Assembly: GCA_965218295.1 (NCBI GenBank) | Contig: CBDCKN010000013.1 | Span: forward strand, 480,001 to 544,000 | Reading direction: 5' to 3' | Source of the DNA: Longimicrobiales bacterium | GTDB taxonomy: Bacteria > Gemmatimonadota > Gemmatimonadetes > Longimicrobiales > Gaopeijiaceae | Length of the DNA: 64,000 nucleotides | In this document: positions 50,456 through 62,036 of the stretch, piece by piece | How positions within the stretch are numbered: position 1 is the stretch's first letter | How the letters are laid out: every line of letters begins with the position of its first letter | Notes under the pieces: model-generated | What the model was told of the DNA's origin: nothing | The model's database searches: none | Seen by the model: the letters and a program-made list of their open reading frames with translations, nothing else | Position numbers and translations under genes: made by a program

Positions 50456-51136
50456 CTCTGGCAGCTCCTCCACGCTCATCCCGTCGATGCCCGGACTGCC
50501 CTTATTCTGCCGCACGCGTTTCAACGCTCCTACGAGGTTGGCACGCCCGACCACCTCCTCCATCAGGAGATGCTCGCTTCCTGAGCGCTCGTCTCCATGG
50601 GCCACCGTTCCGGCTTCGCCACTCCCCTCTACCTTCGGGGCTTCACCCCTATCCTCCAGCGGGAGCTCCAGTTGCCTGGACTCCTGGCGCATGGCCTTCT
50701 CGAGATCCACGGTCGTCACACTCTCCTCTCCGTTCGGCCCTTCGTCCGACAAAGCTGGGTCCAAGCGCATCATGCACTTCGTCGGCCTACTATGGCCTCT
50801 GCTGACTTCTCGCTCCGCCGGCAGGCCCAACAGCGCAATGCCGGCGTCGCCCTTTCAGGCGTCAGGCGAGACCTCCCCGGGTAAGAACGATGACCTTCCC
50901 CGCACAATCGCCGGATCTACGCCGCTTCCCCTTGGTCGCAGGAGCTTCGCGGTCAGTGGTCCGCTCGCCCCGGTCCGCAGCGCCTCGTATCCGGTTCCTG
51001 TTCGTCGACTCACGGGTTCGTTTCACGCTTCGTTCAGCGTACGCCTCACGACGAACGCCTTGCGCTTCCCTTCGGTCCCTGCGACCAGGTTCCGGGAGGA
51101 CTTTCACCTCCAAGTCATTGCCCATGCCGGGCCCAC
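50456..51136 (-). mobile_element. Group IIC intron, 5' fragment with the start of the RT ORF (from 50719)
   Basis: 5' end GTGGGCCCGGCATGG just after a terminator; GAAGTCAGCAGAGGCCATAGTA motif; RT0 LMEEVV..NL..ALKRVRQNKGSPGIDG. Confidence 0.85.
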
Positions 51137-51139
51137 CAC

Positions 51140-51175
51140 AAAAGAGAAGGGCCCGGACCTTGCGGTCCGGACCCT
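51140..51175 (-). terminator. Rho-independent terminator of the surface-protein paralog
   Basis: 12-bp stem, GCAA loop, TCTCTTTT tail. Confidence 0.85.
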
Positions 51176-51371
51176 CCCCTCACCTTCCTTCGAGTCCGGA
51201 GACTCGAAGTGATTATAAAACCCTACCGCTTGTCGACGGTGAGATCTGCGCTTACGGCAGCCACGGCCACAGAGCCCTTCTTTGCTGTGCTCACTCCGAA
51301 GGCGACAACATTACCCGTCGTGTAGGCGTCCTCATCGACAACAGCGAGGAAGGCAACCGCATCAACCTCTG

Positions 51372-52938
51372 CGGAACCTGTCAACGCCAGTGAGACACTC
51401 TTGGAAATCAATTAGAGAGCAATCTCCTGTGTAGTGAGGGATGGGGTGGGAGGATTGATCCAGACGGCCTCCGGGAGTGGTTTAGGCTTCGGCTCACCGG
51501 AGACGAAGCGCTCGGGATGAGCGGCCCATGCCTCACGGAGCACGGCCTTCCTGCAGGCGATGATCCGATCGGCGTGACCGAAGTGGACCTGTTCGGGGGT
51601 CAGCATCGAGATGCCGCCATGGCGGTGCTCGGCATTATACCAACGGAAGAACGAGCGACAGAAGGTCTTGGCTTGCCCCTGATCCCCGAACCGGCCGGGA
51701 AACGAGGGATGGTACTTCAAGGTCTTGAACTGAGCCTCGGAGAACGGATTGTCATCCGAGACCTGGGGTCGGCCCAACGAGCGGGTCACGCCGAGATCGG
51801 CGAGTAGTTGAGCCGTGCATTGGCTCGTCATCGGAGCCCCTCGATCGGAATGCAGGGTCAGGAGGTGGGGCTGGACGCCATGCTTCAAGCAACTCTGCTG
51901 GATCAGCCGGCTGGCCAGGGCAGAGTTCTCCCGATCCGCCACCATCCATCCCACGACGTAGCGGCTGAAGATGTCCAGGATCACGTAGAGGTAGAAGTAA
52001 CTCCACTTCTTCGGCCCCAGCAGCCGGGTGATATCCCAGGACCAGACCTGGTTCGGGCCCCTCGCCATCAACTCGGGCTTCTGGTATTTGGGATGACTCC
52101 GCTGCGCTCGACGCTCCTGAACCGGCACCTGGGAAGCCAGAACGCGATACATCGTACGCTCGCTGCACAGGTAGACGTCCTCGTCGAGCAGCGTCGCCAC
52201 CACCTCGGCTGGGGACCGGTCCACGAACCGCTCCGAACACAGCGTGTCGAAGACCTTGTCTCGTTCCTTCTCGCTTAAGGCCCGGGCGGGGGTCGGGCGG
52301 GGCTGCTGATGCCCGGTCGATGCACTCCGACGACGGTAGAACGTGGCTCGCGGCACCCTGAGCGCATCGCACGCGGGCTTCACCCCTACGTGCTTGGCTA
52401 GCTCCTGGGTCGCCTTCATGAGTTCGTCCCGTCCTCGAGGCTCAATCCCAGCAGCCCTGCAACTTTTCCCTGGACGTCGATGATCAAGTGCGCCTTCTGG
52501 AGCTCCTTCTCGAGGCGAGTGTTCTCGCGCTCCAGCTTGCGCACCTTCTCCTCCAGCGGATTGCGCTCGCGCTTACGGCCTCGTTTCTTCGACAGCGCTT
52601 TCAGGGACCCGCTATGCGCCGCCTTGCGCCATGTCGTCAGGTGCGACGAGTACAAGCCCTCCCGCCGTAGGAGTCGGCCAACCTCTCCGGGCTCCGTGCA
52701 CCGGTCCGCTTCTTCGACGATCCGCAGCTTGTACGACGGAGCGAACCGCCGGCGCAGCGGCCTATCTACCACCTCCGAGTCCGCAGGAGCTGCCGCGCTT
52801 CGCTTACCGTCCCAGGTTGGTGGGGCTATTCCATTCTCTTTCATTCTCTCTCGGTGTCTCAGCATCCTCGGTTTCTCTGCCTTCGCCCTACTCTAATTCC
52901 TTAGCTGCTCCGTGTCTCACGTAAGTTGGCAGAGAGGG
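51372..52938 (-). mobile_element. IS3-family element, intact copy (orfA 52416-52865, orfB 51412-52419), TSD CTG
   Basis: IRs TGCCAACTTACGTGAGACAC / TGTCAACGCCAGTGAGACAC plus 7-bp outer extensions; CTG at 51369-51371 and 52939-52941. Confidence 0.93.
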
Positions 52939-53553
52939 CTGCCGCATAGGTCCAATCGCGACCATCGGGGTTATCTACAGTTTTCACAGTAGCGCTGTTA
53001 CCAGCCACCGATTCGATAAACCGGAGTTCGTTAACAGGTGGCGTCCCCTACCGTGACCGCGACGTGTACATAAAAGTCTACGCGCGAGAACGGGAAGTCA
53101 GTGCTCGCATCCGACAGGCCCGCCTTGGCCTCGATCTCGATCGTAGCATCGCCATCTTCGATGGTCGTGTTGTCGGCGCCATCGGTGGCTGTGGCCGCGA
53201 ATGTCCCGCCGCTCCTGAACTCTACCTGGGGGATATTATCACCTTCTGGGGTACCGATGTCCCCCGCCCCTGATGATACACCGTCGGCAGTCCCCACCTG
53301 ATCGGATACGTATGCCTTGATGGTCGCTATGGCTTCAAGCTGGGTGTCGTCAGCACCATTCTGCACTGCGAGGAATGGGAGTACGACCGGAGGCTCCCGC
53401 TCGAGCAGATCGTCTTGTCAGAGAGGATGCGTCGTATACATCGACGTCAACGCTCTCCAGCTTGATTTCAGCATTGGTCACCTGATCGCCACCGGTTCCC
53501 ACGGTTCCTACCGGTACGTTTATGGCGTAGCTCGCAATCGACAGATTATCCGA

Positions 53554-54930
53554 GAGCTAGGATCAAAGGGTGTGTAAAAAGAGAGGCGACGTACCTTTCC
53601 GCTGAGTAATAACCAGCGAACTCCGGGTGACAGCCCGGGGGAAAGGAACGACGCCTCGTGAGGAAGAATACGGTGGGACCCGAGGGTGAGTCCAGGACGC
53701 CCGTGTGGGAAGTTCTGGAAGAAGTGGTTCGGGAGAAGGCGCAGGAGTTCATTCAACAGATCTTGGAGGAGGAAGTCACGGAGTTGCTAGGGCGAGAGAA
53801 GTCAGAGCGCAGGAGGGTGGTGGACGCGACCGAGGGCTACCGCAACGGATACGGCAAGCCGAGGCGGCTGGCGATGAGCTCGGGCACGATCACACTCCGA
53901 CGCCCTCGAGTTCGAGGCCTTGAGGAGCGGTTCGAGAGCCGCGTGCTGCCGTTGTTCGCGAGGCGGACGAAGGAGCTGGGCGCTCTGCTTCCGGAGCTGT
54001 ATCTGCACGGACTGGCGGAGGGAGACTTCGAGTTGGCGATGCGGGGCCTGCTGGGCGAGGGGGCACCGCTGTCGAAGTCTTCGATTCGGCGGCTGCGGGC
54101 GGGATGGACGGCGGAGTTCGAGGAATGGAGCCAGCGTCGCCTGGAGGGTCGTGAGGTCGTCTACGTGTGGGCGGACGGGATCTATGTGAAGGCAGGGCTG
54201 GAGCGGGACAAAGCGGCGCTGCTGGTGGTGCTGGGTGCCATGCGAGACGGGACGAAAGAGGTGTTGGCCCTGAGAGCGGGCTACCGAGAGTCGGTCGAGT
54301 CCTGGTCGGAGGTGTTGCGGGACCTGAAGGCACGCGGCATCGAGGCGCCCCGGCTTCTGATGGCGGACGGTAACGCTGCGATCTGGGGCGCAGTACGGCA
54401 GGTATGGCCTGAGGCGGGTGAGCAACGGTGCTGGAACCACAAGATGAGGAACGTGCTGGACCGACTACCTCAGCGGGAGCAGGGCGAGGCGAAGGATCTT
54501 CTCCGGGCCGTGGTCTACGCACCGAGCCGGGCCGAGGCCCTGAAGGCCCGCGAGGTGTCGCCCGACGCTATAGGCCGTGGTATCCGAAAGCAGTGGACGT
54601 ACTCGAGGACGACTGGGAGCGGATGGTAGCGTTCTACGACTTCCCCGAGGACCACTGGAAGCATCTACGCACGACGAACGTGGTCGAGAGCCCGTTCGCC
54701 GCGGTACGGCTCAGGACGACAGCAGCGAAGCGGTTCAAGCGGGTCGAGAGCGCTACGGCGCTAATCTGGAAGTTGCTCTTGGTGGCTGAGAAGCGGTTCC
54801 GAAGGCTCGACGCTCCTCACCTCCTCAAGGACGTATTTGAAGGAAGAAAGTTCGAAGACGGAAAGCCCGTCTCACACCAACAGCGGAAGAACGCCGCCTA
54901 ATACGTTTACACACCTATTGACCCAACCTC
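53554..54930 (+). mobile_element. IS256 copy, 8-bp TSD TTATCCGA, transposase frameshifted near 54558
   Basis: Both IRs present; TSD at 53546-53553 and 54931-54938; GAGGTGTCG here versus GAGGTGTTCG in the other copies. Confidence 0.95.
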
Positions 54931-55873
54931 TTATCCGACGCCAGCAGGGTCTTGTCGTAAGTAAAGTCGTCTTCCCCTGGTACGACAAACAACCTTACGG
55001 GCATTGGGCGCTCCTCGTCATTGAGCGCCACGCGACTGCCTGAGTCTGTTTCGTTGCCGGCCTTGTCCGATGCCGTTGCCGAGAACGTGTGGTAACCTAC
55101 GGCCGGCGTGGTAATTACTGTAGTGAATCGGGTTGGGTCAGTGTCGTTGTTTGGAGTGACCACAAACTCGCCGGCTTCGGGATTGTCGGCGTCTTCCGCT
55201 TCGTCCACATCCTCCGTCCCATCCGCATCACGGACTTCAATGCTCGCATCGATGGGATCAGACGCGAGCCCCGATCCGCCATCCGTCACATGCAGCACCC
55301 AGCCGGTCCCCAGCGTTGTGGCCTTGTCCTTCGGACCGCCAGCCGTGAACTCCACTGCCGGCGGCGTTATATCCACACCAACCAGGAGTCCCGCGTTTTT
55401 GAGCGCGTCTGCTGCACCTTCCTCAGGCGCATCGGCTGCGGCGGCCTCAAGCAACGCCCTGTAGCCGGTGGCCATTGTTTCGTCTTCCGAAGTATTTGGG
55501 TCATCTACCTCCGCACTAGCCCTCCCGGCCATTATGCAGGTGCCGGCGACGGTGGCGTGGTCTTCTGCATTCGGCGGAGCAGACTGGTTGCCGAGGCGGT
55601 CAACGGCGGAGGCTACGACGCAGTAAGCGTTCCCCTTCGACTCCCCAGGGCCCAAGGGCCAGGGCCAGGGCGGTTCCTCCTAAATCGACCTGGCGCACGT
55701 ACACACCCAGGGGCCGCAAACGCCACAGCGATGAGGGGGCCAGGAAGGCCGCCAATCACAGATTTCGCATGCCCCATGCTTTGGTCGAACAGAAGGAGGG
55801 CCCGACCTTGCGGCCGGACCCTCCCCTGAACTTCCTCCTTCGAAGTGCTTAAGACTCGATGCTCTGAGCCCTA

Positions 55874-58800
55874 CTAGTCCTCTTGCGGATCGATGGCCAG
55901 ATCCACCCCATCTGCCACCAAGGCCAGAGTACCATCGTCGTTCACACCGAAAGCGAAGACGGTACCGTCGATGTCGGTGTCAGCGTCAGGGGTGAAGGCA
56001 TCTTCAACAAGTGTGAAGAGGTCATTCCCCGTAACGTCAAGTTCATACGTCCACGTACGGGTAGTGACGCCGCCGGTGGTGGTGCTCGAAGAAGCCGCGC
56101 CTATATCTGAATCGATCAGCCGTAGATCACCACCCGATGTACCCACCCTGTAGTAGAAGTCCACGCGGGAGAATGGGTTCGCGAATGTTGACGCGGTCTT
56201 ACTCGCCACAGCCTCCAAAGTGATGCTCTCATCGGTGCCCATCTCGCAGTCATCGCCACCGTCCTCAATGCCCTCCGCGCAGATGACAGGTTCGTCGCCT
56301 GTACTAGCTACGAACCTGAAATCATCCACGGTGAAATCTTCGATGTCAGTCACTGTGGGAGCTGCGGTTGCCAATCCACCCTCGGTGTTATAAGCACCCG
56401 TCTGATCACGCGCCTTCAGATTCACGCTATTAAGGTTGGTCGCGGTCGAAGCAACCGCACCATCGGCATTAGTCGCGGCCTGCAATCGCAGGACCGTAGT
56501 GATCGGCGTGTTGACGACGTAATTCGTGTGGGTCAAGTCGTCGGCATTGAACTCGTCGACCACTGTGTGCGCGCTACCCAGTCTCACCATAGGACTGGTG
56601 ATACCGGCCACCGTGGCGGAGAACCCTACAGTCCAGTAGTAGTCCCTGATCGACAGGTCGTCGCTCAGGAAGGCGGAAGCCGCGAACGAATTGGTGTTGA
56701 TCGTTGCCGGGATAGACGGGCTTCCCACTGTCGCCCCCATGTTGTCCCGAACGACCGTGCGGCTTATTGGCTCCGAAGAGTTCCCCGCCTTGTCTACTGC
56801 GGAGGCCGTCAGTGTGTAGTAGGCCGCATCTGTTAGATCCGCCAGATTCATCGTACTGGTGCCAGAGATCCAGACGTTATCCACCGTGGCAGTGGTTTCT
56901 TCTGGGTCTTCTGCTGGGAGATCCGCCTCATCGTCATCGGAGCGCGATCGAACTCGTAGATTAGCACTGACCGGCCCATTCGTGCGTGCACCGGAGTTCC
57001 CTATGGAGCCGCCATCGGACACCGACATCGTGAATTCTCCGGCAACTGTCACGGTGGTAATTCTTGCCTTTTCTTCCAGGCCGCCGTCGAACTCAATCTC
57101 CGGCGCGGTTATGTCCACGCCAGCCCTGAGCGCCACTGGCATCGCCACGGTTGCTAGTGCGGCGATTTCCTCTGCCTTTTCTTCGTCGGTTCCGGATCCG
57201 GTGTTAATCTCATCGACTGCGGTCTGGTAATCATCGACTGCGGTCTCGTAAGCTGCGGCGGTCATGCACTCAGCCTCTTCCTCCGGCAGCGCAGACTCGT
57301 TACCAAGGAGGTCCGTGGCGGACGCGATGAAGCAGTAGGCGTCAGCCATAGACGGACCTGGCAATGCTGAGGAACGACTTGCTTCCAGTGCCGCATCTAC
57401 GGTTGCGGGCTTAGTTGAAGAGGATCTCAACCAAGCGGTGTACCCACCCCCGCCTCCGCCTGCGGCACCGTAAGTAAGCCACCCATCTTCGTTATCATCC
57501 GCATTGTACTCATCCGTCAGGTCAACCCCGTCATTGATCCAGCCCTCCTCGCGGCCGTTGACGTTCGGGTTGAACATCGGTGCGGTTGGGCCTTTATAGT
57601 CCAGCTGGACCGAGAAGACTTCGTCGCCTGCATTTAGAGTCTCTACCTTTGCAGCCCCTATGCTGAAGATATCGATGTCAACTGGTCCTTCGTACCCATC
57701 ACAGTTCGGAGAAAAGTCGTATGGAGCCGCGTCAGCAGAGGCAGCCTTACTATCTGGCCCACAGAATCCCGCCCCCAGCGTCACCGACGCGACGGAGCGT
57801 CCCGAGTACACGACTGGAAACGCCGTAAGGTCGAACCCGGCACCTGGGCCACCATACCAATATCCGCCGTCCTCGCCTAACACGGGCAGCCTAGTCAGAC
57901 CATTCACAGCCACGTGCACGCCGTCCGTGTTCGCGAATTCGACCTCCATCCGGTTCGAAAAGACTTCCTCCGTGCTGCCCGAGACCGTGAGTCCCGCCAC
58001 TATGTTGTAGGGGCCGTTCGGGTAAGCCGGGTCTCCCGTTACCGGATCGTATTCGTCCGTGTCGAACCCTAGGGTGAATTCGAATACCTGCTGCTGCTGC
58101 TGCTGCGCCGCCTGAGCCTCCTTCTCGGCGGGCTCGGCGGGCGCGGGTGCGAGGCCGAAGGGCTGGGTGGCCACGACCTCACCATCCACGTAGAGGCTCA
58201 ACTGTTCGAACCTCTGCTCGCCTCGCTCTACAGAGACCTTCACGGTGAGGCGGCCCGTATCATCATCGTCGGACTCGAAGCTAACGTCGCTAATGAGGAC
58301 AAACGCCTCGTCGGCCTCGGCGTCCTCGGCCTCGGCCTTGAATGAGGCGTTGGCGATCTCGCCCGCGACCACGGTTACGGGACGTGAGGTGACGGTGAAC
58401 TCATGGTCGCCGAAGTCCGAAATCGTCACCGTGTAGTCGCCGGCCTCTACTTCGGGCAACTCGTAGTCACCTTCCGTGTCGGAGGTACCAGACACGGTCA
58501 CACCGTCCTCACCCTCACCCGTACCGACGGCGGTCACCGTCGCCACGACGCCCTCACCTCCGGCCGTGACGACTTCACCACTGATGCTCCCCGTCGTGAC
58601 TTCGGGCTCGGGCGGCTCGGCCTCGGCCTCGGCCTCGAATGAGGCATTGGCGATCTCGCCCGCGACCACGGTTACGGGACGTGAGGTGACGGTGAACTCA
58701 TGGTCGCCGAAGTCCGAAATCGTCACCGTGTAGTCGCCGGCCTCTACTTCGGGCAACTCGTAGTCACCTTCCGTGTCGGAGGTACCAGACACGGTCACAC

Positions 58801-59845
58801 CGTCCTCACCCTCACCCGTACCGACGGCGGTCACCGTCGCCACGACGCCCTCACCTCCGGCGGTGAGGACGGTACCGCTGATGCTCCCCGTCGTGACTTC
58901 GGGCTCGGGCGGCTCGGCCTCGGCCTCGGCCTCGAATGAGGCGTTGGCGATCTCGCCCGCGACCACGGTTACGGGACGTGAGGTGACGGTGAACTCATGG
59001 TCGCCGAAGTCCGAAATCGTCACCGTGTAGTCGCCGGCCTCTACTTCGGGCAACTCGTAGTCACCTTCCGTGTCGGAGGTACCAGACACGGTCACACCGT
59101 CCTCACCCGTACCGACGGCGGTCACCGTCGCCACGACGCCCTCACCTCCGGCGGTGAGGACGGTACCGCTGATGCTCCCCGTCGTGACTTCGGGCTCGGG
59201 CACGGCCTCGGCGGTGAACGCGACGGGGGGGGCACTCTGGCCCACACCCACGGTTACGTCACGTGAGGTGACGGTGAACTCATGGTCGCCGAAGTCCGAA
59301 ATCGTCACGTGGTAGGTGCCGGCACGCAGGCCGGGCAGGATGAAGTCACCGTCCGTGCCGGAGGTGCCGATCACCGCCTCCTCACTCATGAGCATGCCCC
59401 CACCGGTGGCGGTCACCGTCGCCACGACGCCCTCACCTCCGGCGGTGAGGACGGTACCGCTGATGTCCGACGTGCGGATGTAGTTTCCGCTGAAGTCGGC
59501 GGTGGCCGTCTGGCCACTCGTGGTGATGGTCACGACCTTGGCCGTCTCGACGAAGGCCACTTCGGCGGGAGCACCGCTGATCTGTACACCGTGCGTCCCA
59601 GCGGGGACGTTGTCGAACGAGTAGCCACCGCTACTTCCCGTCGTTTCCGACTGCGGACCGGAGCCCACCAGGTTGACGCTCACTCCCGGCAACCCAGAAC
59701 CCTCGACGGACACCGTGCCACTCACGGTTCCGACGATGGGCGCCGGCGCGACCGGCGTCACGGGGGTGCCTCCGTCGTCGTCATCGCAAGCGACCACCAA
59801 GGCACCTGTGAGTAACGCGACAGTTGCGAATCGAAGCAACTTCAT
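55874..59845 (-). CDS. Second, identical copy of the 1323-aa surface lipoprotein
   Basis: Same translation as 15951-19922. Confidence 0.88.
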   Translation of the reverse strand: MKLLRFATVALLTGALVVACDDDDGGTPVTPVAPAPIVGTVSGTVSVEGSGLPGVSVNLVGSGPQSETTGSSGGYSFDNVPAGTHGVQISGAPAEVAFVETAKVVTITTSGQTATADFSGNYIRTSDISGTVLTAGGEGVVATVTATGGGMLMSEEAVIGTSGTDGDFILPGLRAGTYHVTISDFGDHEFTVTSRDVTVGVGQSAPPVAFTAEAVPEPEVTTGSISGTVLTAGGEGVVATVTAVGTGEDGVTVSGTSDTEGDYELPEVEAGDYTVTISDFGDHEFTVTSRPVTVVAGEIANASFEAEAEAEPPEPEVTTGSISGTVLTAGGEGVVATVTAVGTGEGEDGVTVSGTSDTEGDYELPEVEAGDYTVTISDFGDHEFTVTSRPVTVVAGEIANASFEAEAEAEPPEPEVTTGSISGEVVTAGGEGVVATVTAVGTGEGEDGVTVSGTSDTEGDYELPEVEAGDYTVTISDFGDHEFTVTSRPVTVVAGEIANASFKAEAEDAEADEAFVLISDVSFESDDDDTGRLTVKVSVERGEQRFEQLSLYVDGEVVATQPFGLAPAPAEPAEKEAQAAQQQQQQVFEFTLGFDTDEYDPVTGDPAYPNGPYNIVAGLTVSGSTEEVFSNRMEVEFANTDGVHVAVNGLTRLPVLGEDGGYWYGGPGAGFDLTAFPVVYSGRSVASVTLGAGFCGPDSKAASADAAPYDFSPNCDGYEGPVDIDIFSIGAAKVETLNAGDEVFSVQLDYKGPTAPMFNPNVNGREEGWINDGVDLTDEYNADDNEDGWLTYGAAGGGGGGYTAWLRSSSTKPATVDAALEASRSSALPGPSMADAYCFIASATDLLGNESALPEEEAECMTAAAYETAVDDYQTAVDEINTGSGTDEEKAEEIAALATVAMPVALRAGVDITAPEIEFDGGLEEKARITTVTVAGEFTMSVSDGGSIGNSGARTNGPVSANLRVRSRSDDDEADLPAEDPEETTATVDNVWISGTSTMNLADLTDAAYYTLTASAVDKAGNSSEPISRTVVRDNMGATVGSPSIPATINTNSFAASAFLSDDLSIRDYYWTVGFSATVAGITSPMVRLGSAHTVVDEFNADDLTHTNYVVNTPITTVLRLQAATNADGAVASTATNLNSVNLKARDQTGAYNTEGGLATAAPTVTDIEDFTVDDFRFVASTGDEPVICAEGIEDGGDDCEMGTDESITLEAVASKTASTFANPFSRVDFYYRVGTSGGDLRLIDSDIGAASSSTTTGGVTTRTWTYELDVTGNDLFTLVEDAFTPDADTDIDGTVFAFGVNDDGTLALVADGVDLAIDPQED

Positions 59846-60249
59846 GGCAGCCCCTCCCTGATTTAGATCAAAAATGCGCTCGACTCCACTTCAGAGTGCG
59901 CGTAGCGCGAGAATCGACAATGACCTACAGAGGCAAGAATGGGGCCAAGCGGTTTGAGCCGGGTTTCCTAAGCCTGCAACCCCTATAACCTCTGGTAACC
60001 TCTGGATTTCTGAGGGTCGGCGCCGGATTTCTGAAGGGAAAGCTCTCGGCGTCCGCCCGGTCGCGCGCGCCCCCCCGCCGCCGGCCCGCCGTTGTAGGCG
60101 GTAACTGCGACGGTCAAAACGTCGATTCGGGCCTTTCGGGGACACCTCTCGCCATGCGACGGGACGGCCTAGCCTCGGGGGGAAAGCGCATAGCGTAACC
60201 CCAACACACCCCGGCCCTGGGAGCCGCAAAAAGGAGGGGGCGGGGGGGG

Positions 60250-60520
60250 CTACTCTTTGGTCGGCTCCTCGGGGGGTCCCCTGGAGCGGCCTTTCCACAC
60301 GGCCCGGCCCGCTGCGGCCGCCGCCTCGTGTTGTACGTCCCCTCGGTCAGGAAGTCCTCAGTCCCGGAGGTGTGACTCGCGAAAGAAAAAGTCCGCCTGA
60401 TCCCCTCGGGCGCTGCGCCTGCGTCTATGGTCCTCGGGCACCTGGGGGGCCTTCCTCGACGATGCGGGGTGGCTGGCCGAACTCCACGTCCTGATCCAGC
60501 CATGTGAATCTACTTCAACT
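60250..60520 (-). pseudogene. Third zeta-like C-terminal fragment plus its overlapping small ORF
   Basis: [21 protein letters not shown], then GTG CCC at 60441, HL..EDFLTEGTYN, ending PTKE* at 60250. Confidence 0.55.
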
Positions 60521-60720
60521 ACCGGGTAAGGAGGAGCCCTCGGGGGGGGGCCGGGCCCGCCCATTTCACTCCGGCTCCCCCCCCCTCCCCCCCCCTTCAT
60601 GCCATGAAACCTGTTCCATCGGCTCCACTGTGCGCCGTGGCTGTGCCCAGGGGGGGGGCTCGGTCCTGTGTTGGGAGTTTTTTCCTCTTGAATGATTTCA
60701 AGGCAAGGGTACTCGAGCCA

Positions 60721-60752
60721 TTACTATTGATAAAATACATTATCGGTAGTAA
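60721..60752. promoter_or_regulatory. 13-6-13 inverted repeat, candidate recombination site
   Basis: TTACTATTGATAA-AATACA-TTATCGGTAGTAA (11/13 match), immediately upstream of the recombinase. Confidence 0.65.
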
Positions 60753-60762
60753 ATGTCCGCGC

Positions 60763-61761
60763 ATGGACACGCCCGAGGTACACCTTGGAGCGCCGGGGCA
60801 GGCGTCGACCGGGCTGACGGTCCGGGGCGACATCGGCCGGCGGCTGATCTCGGCGGCGGAGTTCCGGCAGCTGGCCGACGTGCCGGCGGCGGCCGAGTGG
60901 CTCGCCAACGTCGACAACGCGAACACCCGGCGGGCGTACCGGAGCGACGTCGGGGAGTTCATGTCGATGCTGGGGATCCGCCGCTTCGGCGAGCTCCCCC
61001 TCGTCCGTCGTGCCCACGTCATCGCCTGGCGGAAAATGCTCGAGGCGCGCGGTCTCGGCCCGGCGACCCGGTCCCGGAAACTCTCGGCCGTGTCCTCGCT
61101 CTTCCGCTACCTCTGTAACGCCAACGCCGTCCACGAGAACCCCGTCTCGGGCGTGAAGCGGCCCGGGACGGAGAACGCGAACGAAGGCCGGACTCCGGCA
61201 CTCTCCGACGCCCAGGCACGCCGGCTGCTCGGCGCTCCAGGGGGCGACAGCCTCCAGGCGCGGCGCGACCGGGCACTCCTCGCCGTCCTGCTCTACCACG
61301 GACTCCGCCGCGACGAGGTCGCCCGCCTCACGGTCGGCTCGCTCCACCAACACCGGGGCGTGCCGCACCTCAGGGTCCTCGGCAAGGGCTCCAAGACCCG
61401 GCCCGTGCCGGTCCACTCGGCCGCGCTCTCGGCCCTGGGCGATTACCTCGAGCTCGCCGGGCACCGCCGCGACCGGAACGCACCCCTGTTCCAGCCGACC
61501 CAGGCCCGATGGGCCGGCCGGCCGCTCACGGGCGACGGCATCTACAAGCTCGTCCGGAAATACGCTTCCCTGGCCGCCGTCCCCATGGAGCGCATCGTCC
61601 ACGCCCTACGGGCCACAGCCGCCACCAACGCCCTCGAGCACGACGCCGACATCGCCCGCGTCCAGGACTGGCTCGGCCACGCCAACGTTAGCACCACCCG
61701 GCTCTACGACCGGCGTGCACGCCGCCCCGAGGACAGCCCGACGTTCCGGGTTAGCTACTGA
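60763..61761 (+). CDS. XerC-like tyrosine recombinase (plasmid resolvase type)
   Basis: NTRRAY, RDRA..HGLRRDE, GKG, HALR, LGH, Y. Confidence 0.92.
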   Translation: MDTPEVHLGAPGQASTGLTVRGDIGRRLISAAEFRQLADVPAAAEWLANVDNANTRRAYRSDVGEFMSMLGIRRFGELPLVRRAHVIAWRKMLEARGLGPATRSRKLSAVSSLFRYLCNANAVHENPVSGVKRPGTENANEGRTPALSDAQARRLLGAPGGDSLQARRDRALLAVLLYHGLRRDEVARLTVGSLHQHRGVPHLRVLGKGSKTRPVPVHSAALSALGDYLELAGHRRDRNAPLFQPTQARWAGRPLTGDGIYKLVRKYASLAAVPMERIVHALRATAATNALEHDADIARVQDWLGHANVSTTRLYDRRARRPEDSPTFRVSY

Positions 61762-62036
61762 CGGCGCGAAACAAGCCCCTCCGGGACGGATAATCGCGAC
61801 AGGAGACGTATGCCCGAAAGCGCGGGGGCAAATACGAAGCTGGGTGAATATACGCAACGACGCCGAACGCGCATCAAGTGTTCACAGAACCCAGGCGGAA
61901 GCCATCGCGGCGGCCGAAGACACGTCCAACCAGAAGCTCTTGGCTGAAGCGCTCGACATGCTCTTTCAGAGCCGTAAGATGCCGATGATTGCAACAAAGT
62001 GAACACCGGCACGTGTGCACACCTACACACCGCATC

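Larger units (their letters stand above)
51223..55655 (-). pseudogene. C-terminal-half paralog of the 1323-aa surface protein, split by IS256 and IS3
   Basis: Segments 55655-54931, 53553-52939 and 51371-51223 join as LLASD/NLSIASY..PFSRVDFY..WTYAA/EVDAV..VAFGV; extra frameshifts present. Confidence 0.85.

Noticed and set aside
50405..50830. RT as part of a DGR or retron system acting on the surface proteins
   Set aside because: Only RT0 is present, inside a recognisable group IIC intron 5' region. No TR/VR pair with adenine-specific differences was noticed.
50268..51212. 314-aa plus-strand ORF
   Set aside because: A chimera of the IS3 orfB start and the antisense of the intron.
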